The notes under the pieces were generated by a model. The model was not told the DNA's origin and made no database searches. It saw nothing but the letters and a program-made list of their open reading frames with translations. From Candidatus Moraniibacteriota bacterium (GTDB taxonomy: Bacteria; Patescibacteriota; Minisyncoccia; Moranbacterales; DUUL01), in NCBI GenBank assembly GCA_041583775.1, contig JBFHFF010000002.1, forward strand, positions 274 through 64,273: a DNA stretch of 64,000 nt. The letters are read 5' to 3'. Numbering within the stretch: position 1 is the stretch's first letter; every line of letters begins with the position of its first letter. Of the stretch, positions 60,043-64,000 are shown one piece after another. The position numbers were made by a program, and so were the translations under genes.

Positions 60043-61119
60043 TTATTCACTATATATTGGACTTTTTTTTCTCACAACAGCAGCAAGGGTAATCGGCCCC
60101 TCTTCGCGAATAGCCTCCTCATCTTCAGTTTCATTTTTATTTCCCCCAATTTCGCCTACCCACCAAATCCATATATCTTGAATCCACAAAGAAAAAATTG
60201 CTTTTGCAAAAAGAAAAATGATAATTAAAAAAACCATCAAAAAAGAACTAAACACAGACCATTCCAAAAATGAACTCACATAGAGATCAAGCCACATACT
60301 GACAATCTTATCCCAAAATGGAGCAATTGCCATTATAATTAACAAAAAAACTGTACCTTGTAAAATTCCAATCAAGAAAAAAATACAAAACAATTTAAAA
60401 ACTTCCAATAAGTTTCTAGCGATTAGTCTACCAGAAAGTACAAGTGAGTCAAAAACTCCAACATTAGCCAAAACTATATAAATAGTTGATATCTGCAATA
60501 TATAATTCATGAAAACCACAAAAAAGAAAAAGAAAAGTAAAAGGGTGATAAACAAGAAAATTGCACCAGCCTGATTCCCCATCAAAATCATTATTGCAAC
60601 AGGAATAAGCAAAACCAAGAAAACAATCAAAATTAACATTCCTACAAAAAAATCTAGTAATAAAATGTTTTTAAAATCCTTTTTTCCGTTACGCCAAACT
60701 ACTCTACAAGTTAACTTTTTTTTATTTTTAGCGTTTTGCAAACAAGCCAATGACTGAATGACACCAGAGCGAGAAACAATGGAAATACACCAAATAAAAA
60801 TACATAGAATAAAAAAAAGAAGAAGAAAAAGGGAAATGTAATTAAAATTATTTTCAATAAAATTCTGCCAATCAATGGCTTTTCTTGAATTTAATTTTGC
60901 AAATTGTTCATCAACATTAAAACCAACACCAAGAGAACCCGGCAAAAACATTCCCCAAAACCATAAAAATTTATTTGCCCAAACTCTACGAAAACTGCTC
61001 TTAAATTTTTTATAATATTCGTCAAGACTGGGTTGTTTAGGATCTGGCATTAAATCCTCAAAGACTTCATTACTTCTCTCCATTTTTATTTTTATTCTTA
61101 CTTCTCTATTTATAAACAC
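60043..61119 (-). CDS. polytopic membrane protein, function unknown
   Basis: 358-aa ORF, very hydrophobic (about 8 TM helices). No recognisable motif. Confidence 0.4.
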   Translation of the reverse strand: MFINREVRIKIKMERSNEVFEDLMPDPKQPSLDEYYKKFKSSFRRVWANKFLWFWGMFLPGSLGVGFNVDEQFAKLNSRKAIDWQNFIENNFNYISLFLLLFFILCIFIWCISIVSRSGVIQSLACLQNAKNKKKLTCRVVWRNGKKDFKNILLLDFFVGMLILIVFLVLLIPVAIMILMGNQAGAIFLFITLLLFFFFFVVFMNYILQISTIYIVLANVGVFDSLVLSGRLIARNLLEVFKLFCIFFLIGILQGTVFLLIIMAIAPFWDKIVSMWLDLYVSSFLEWSVFSSFLMVFLIIIFLFAKAIFSLWIQDIWIWWVGEIGGNKNETEDEEAIREEGPITLAAVVRKKSPIYSE

Positions 61120-61257
61120 TTTATTTTATTTATTATACTACATCTCTACTTATAAATAAACTTTATACCTTCCCCCTCTTTTAAAAATGTTTATTGCAAA
61201 CTAACATAGACTAAAGTATTATGAGAAAAGAAAATTAATTTTTTACTTTTTTGAAAT

Positions 61258-62370
61258 ATGCAAAATGATCCGATTATATTTTCCGGAATTCAGCCTTCCG
61301 GAAATCTTCACCTTGGAAATTATCTTGGAGCTATTAAAAATTGGGTGGAACTCCAAGAAAATCATCATTCTTTTTTTTGCGTTGTTGATCTTCACGCAAT
61401 TACTGTGCCACAAGAACCAAAAGAACTTCGCCAAAGGATAGTCGAAATTGCAAAAATATATCTAGCAGCGGGAATTGATCCTGCGAAATCAACTATTTTT
61501 GTACAATCACAAATTCCTGCTCATACTGAGCTTGCTTGGTTGTTAAATACTATTACTCAAAATGGTGATTTGACCAAAATGACTCAATTCAAACAAAAAT
61601 CGGGAGCTGATTTTGATAAACTCGAGTTAGATGACACCATTACTCACGAAGCGATTTTAAAAATCAAAGAACTTTCGGAAGAAAAAAGGATTGGGGCTAT
61701 AGAAAATCTTATTCTCAATAAATTCAGTAACTTTAAAAAACAATTCAATAGCGTAGGAGTAGGACTTTATGATTATCCTGTTTTAATGGCAGCTGACATA
61801 CTTCTATATAACACAGACATTGTCCCAGTTGGTGAAGACCAAACTCAACACATTGAACTAACTCGTGATTTAGCAAAAAGATTTAATCACCGTTTTGGCG
61901 AAACTTTCAAAATACCTAAAGCACATATCCAAAAAACGGGAATGCGAATTATGGGACTTGACGATCCAATGAAAAAGATGTCAAAATCTGCACCTTCGAA
62001 ATTCAACAGAATAGACCTTTTGGATTCGCCTGAAGAAATCAGAGAAAAAATTAAAAGAGCAGTTACTGATAGTGGCAGAACGATTGAATATACAGAAAAA
62101 AGACCGGCAATTAAAAATCTTTTAAATATTTTTTCACTAACTTCAAACCAAACTCCGGAGCAACTAGTGACTCACTTCGAAGGAAGAGGTTTTAAAGAAT
62201 TTAAAGAGGAGCTAGCCGAATCTATTGTAGACTTTCTCGAGCCTTTCCAAGAAAGATATTACAATATTTCAGACGAAGAAGTTAGGGAAATTTTAAATGA
62301 AGGAAGAATTACTGTAGAAAAAATAGCAAAAAAAACTATCTCTGAAGTAAAACAAAAAATGGGTTTGTAA
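61258..62370 (+). CDS. trpS: tryptophan--tRNA ligase
   Basis: 370 aa. HIGH-region variant GIQPSGNLHLGNYLG, and KMSKS (KKMSKSAP). It has an insertion relative to the compact bacterial TrpRS. Confidence 0.9.
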   Translation: MQNDPIIFSGIQPSGNLHLGNYLGAIKNWVELQENHHSFFCVVDLHAITVPQEPKELRQRIVEIAKIYLAAGIDPAKSTIFVQSQIPAHTELAWLLNTITQNGDLTKMTQFKQKSGADFDKLELDDTITHEAILKIKELSEEKRIGAIENLILNKFSNFKKQFNSVGVGLYDYPVLMAADILLYNTDIVPVGEDQTQHIELTRDLAKRFNHRFGETFKIPKAHIQKTGMRIMGLDDPMKKMSKSAPSKFNRIDLLDSPEEIREKIKRAVTDSGRTIEYTEKRPAIKNLLNIFSLTSNQTPEQLVTHFEGRGFKEFKEELAESIVDFLEPFQERYYNISDEEVREILNEGRITVEKIAKKTISEVKQKMGL

Positions 62371-62392
62371 AAATCGTTCCCAAGAAAAACAA

Positions 62393-62425
62393 AAAACAGA
62401 ACAATCGACTTGCTCTGTTTTTTGT
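62393..62425. terminator. bidirectional terminator between trpS and tRNA-Pro
   Basis: Imperfect hairpin aacagaac-aatcgactt-gctctgtt flanked by A-runs and T-runs on both strands. Confidence 0.5.
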
Positions 62426-62435
62426 TTTTCCTGTG

Positions 62436-62506
62436 TCGGGGCGCCGAGAATCGAACTCGGGCTAAACGCTCCCAAAGCGCTCGTGCTACCGTTACACCAC
62501 GCCCCG
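62436..62506 (-). tRNA. tRNA-Pro (anticodon TGG)
   Basis: The reverse complement reads CGGGGCGTGGTGTAACGGTAGCACGAGCGCTTTGGGAGCGTTTAGCCCGAGTTCGATTCTCGGCGCCCCGA, with the anticodon loop TTTGGGA. The ends are approximate (+/-1). Confidence 0.8.
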
Positions 62507-62805
62507 TAAAATTTCAATGTTATTTTAAGTTTCAAATAGAACATAAAACAGTCATATAATACAATTTTAATTTGCAAAAGTCAATCCACTCTTAAACCTT
62601 TCTATTTGAAAAATATCTACCTTAACATTGTGCCAAATCTACAACAAATAAAAATGTCTAAATTTGAGGGAAAATTTTTAACTCTCTACTTCTTAAATTC
62701 TGAGGATAAAAAAGAATTTAAACTTATTTTCTCGAGATAGTGGACTTTTTTGCCTTTCCCTGCTAACATTAAAAGAGTTAACCTAAAAATAAAATCTGAA
62801 AAAGC

Positions 62806-63468
62806 ATGAATATTTCCTGGTATGGTCACTCTTGTTTCAAAATTCAAACAAAAGCAAAACGAGGCGGTGACGACATAATAATCTTTACAGACCCTTTTGA
62901 TAAATCAATTGGCCTCAGAAGACCACAAGGTCAAGCAAATATTGTTACTATTTCTCATGGACACAAAGATCACAACGACACCGAATTACTAAAGGGAGAT
63001 TTTTTTGTGGCTGATTCTCCAGGAGAATTTTCAATTCAAGGCGTAACAATTGAGGGAATAGATAGTTATCACGATGACCAACAAGGTGCACTTCGAGGAA
63101 GAAACACCATCTTCATTTTAGAATCAGAAGACTTGCGAATATGTCATTTGGGGGATCTGGGGCACGAACTTACTGATGAACAAGTTGATGCGATTGGTGA
63201 TATTGATGTTTTAATGATTCCTATTGGCGGAACTTACACGCTTGATGCTAAGGGTGCAAAAAAAGTCGTTGGCCAAATTGAACCAAAAATTATTCTACCT
63301 ATGCACTACAAAGTTGATGGTACATCGTTAGATGTTGATGACGAAAAAGAGTTTTGCAACGAACTGGGCGCAACAATAAAGGAAAAAACACAAAGACTTT
63401 CCTTGAAAAAAAGTGAAATAGAGGATACTGAAAACAAAGTAATTTTAATGAGCGTTCTTAATTCATAA
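62806..63468 (+). CDS. MBL-fold metal-dependent hydrolase (UPF0173-like)
   Basis: 220 aa with WYGHSCFKI ... TISHGHKDHND, a metallo-beta-lactamase-fold signature. Confidence 0.8.
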   Translation: MNISWYGHSCFKIQTKAKRGGDDIIIFTDPFDKSIGLRRPQGQANIVTISHGHKDHNDTELLKGDFFVADSPGEFSIQGVTIEGIDSYHDDQQGALRGRNTIFILESEDLRICHLGDLGHELTDEQVDAIGDIDVLMIPIGGTYTLDAKGAKKVVGQIEPKIILPMHYKVDGTSLDVDDEKEFCNELGATIKEKTQRLSLKKSEIEDTENKVILMSVLNS

Positions 63469-63485
63469 AACTTAAAAACAAAAAA

Positions 63486-63800
63486 ATGTTAGACCAACTT
63501 CTAGAAAAATCAGAGGATTATCGAAGAAATGTTGCTATTTTCTCAACATTTATATGTGGAATTGCTGTTGTAGCAATTTGGCTCTTGATTGCTGGTTATG
63601 ACATCCGTCAATCGACACTTGCTATCATTAACTCTGGCAACACGAGTTCGGAAGAATTCCGTAACAGCCTTCCCTCCATTCGACAAGAAGGTGACACTAT
63701 TGTAACAGAGTTGTCAAAGCAAAATGTTGCTGCATCTATCAATGGTGCGGGTACAGAAATAAAGGAGAAATCTCTCTGGGAAAAATTTTTAGGAAAATAA
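63486..63800 (+). CDS. small membrane-anchored protein, hypothetical
   Basis: 104-aa ORF with one TM helix. No motif. Confidence 0.35.
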   Translation: MLDQLLEKSEDYRRNVAIFSTFICGIAVVAIWLLIAGYDIRQSTLAIINSGNTSSEEFRNSLPSIRQEGDTIVTELSKQNVAASINGAGTEIKEKSLWEKFLGK

Positions 63801-64000
63801 TTGTAAATTAAAATCAATTAGACTTATCAAGAGAGTTTTTTATAAAAAACAGTAAATTAGAAAATTTTCTTGATAAGTCTTGCAAAAGAAATAGCGAAAG
63901 AATCATATTCTTTCGCAACTTTTGTTTGTGACTTTATAGGAATCTATCTAAAGAAAAAATTAACAAACAATAAATAATCATGGAAAAGGAACCGGAAAAA

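Overview
This is a low-GC (about 30%) bacterial chromosomal window, densely coded on both strands, using the standard code (TGA is used as a stop, e.g. at 1345-1347). I can support about 60 protein genes and five tRNAs: Ser-TGA, Leu-TAG, Leu-GAG and Val-TAC on the + strand, and Pro-TGG on the - strand. I found no rRNA, no CRISPR array, and no transposase or integrase. Recognisable housekeeping genes are rpsO, rplS, an RluA-family pseudouridine synthase, rsgA, trpS, divergent guaA/guaB with an amidohydrolase, lgt and gldA. The accessory content falls into several groups. (1) 720-3948 carries a frameshifted ArsR-like regulator translationally coupled to a thioredoxin-like protein, then a CxxC lipoprotein, a DsbD_2/CcdA-like membrane protein, a lipoprotein 4Fe-4S ferredoxin and a YedZ/ferric-reductase-like membrane protein. 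(2) 8388-11776 is a type-IV-pilin-like cluster: a PilX-N-like protein plus two prepilin-type proteins. (3) 12037-18017 encodes a P3A-like P-type ATPase and a heterodimeric ABC exporter. (4) 18216-22423 is a GlcNAc-polymer locus: a hyaluronan-synthase/NodC-like processive GT2, a NodB/PgaB-like deacetylase with a beta-sandwich tail, and a paralogous beta-sandwich membrane protein. (5) 25489-26641 holds a peroxiredoxin divergent from a Fur/PerR-family regulator, with a perfect 27-bp Fur-box-like palindrome between them. (6) 26731-31218 is an RND efflux pump with its adaptor. (7) Two paralogous pairs of an ECF sigma factor with a membrane partner sit at 34929-36266 and 43627-45012, flanking secreted Cys-rich, Gly-rich and TPR proteins. 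(8) A truncated, frameshifted rubrerythrin lies next to an intact desulfoferrodoxin. (9) A CDF transporter, an ABC-F ATPase, a DUF4105-like protein and a NYN-domain protein complete the list. The lineage looks like a small-genome anaerobe, possibly CPR/Patescibacteria-like, but this is inference only. All functional calls rest on motifs I recognised by eye. I ran no database search.
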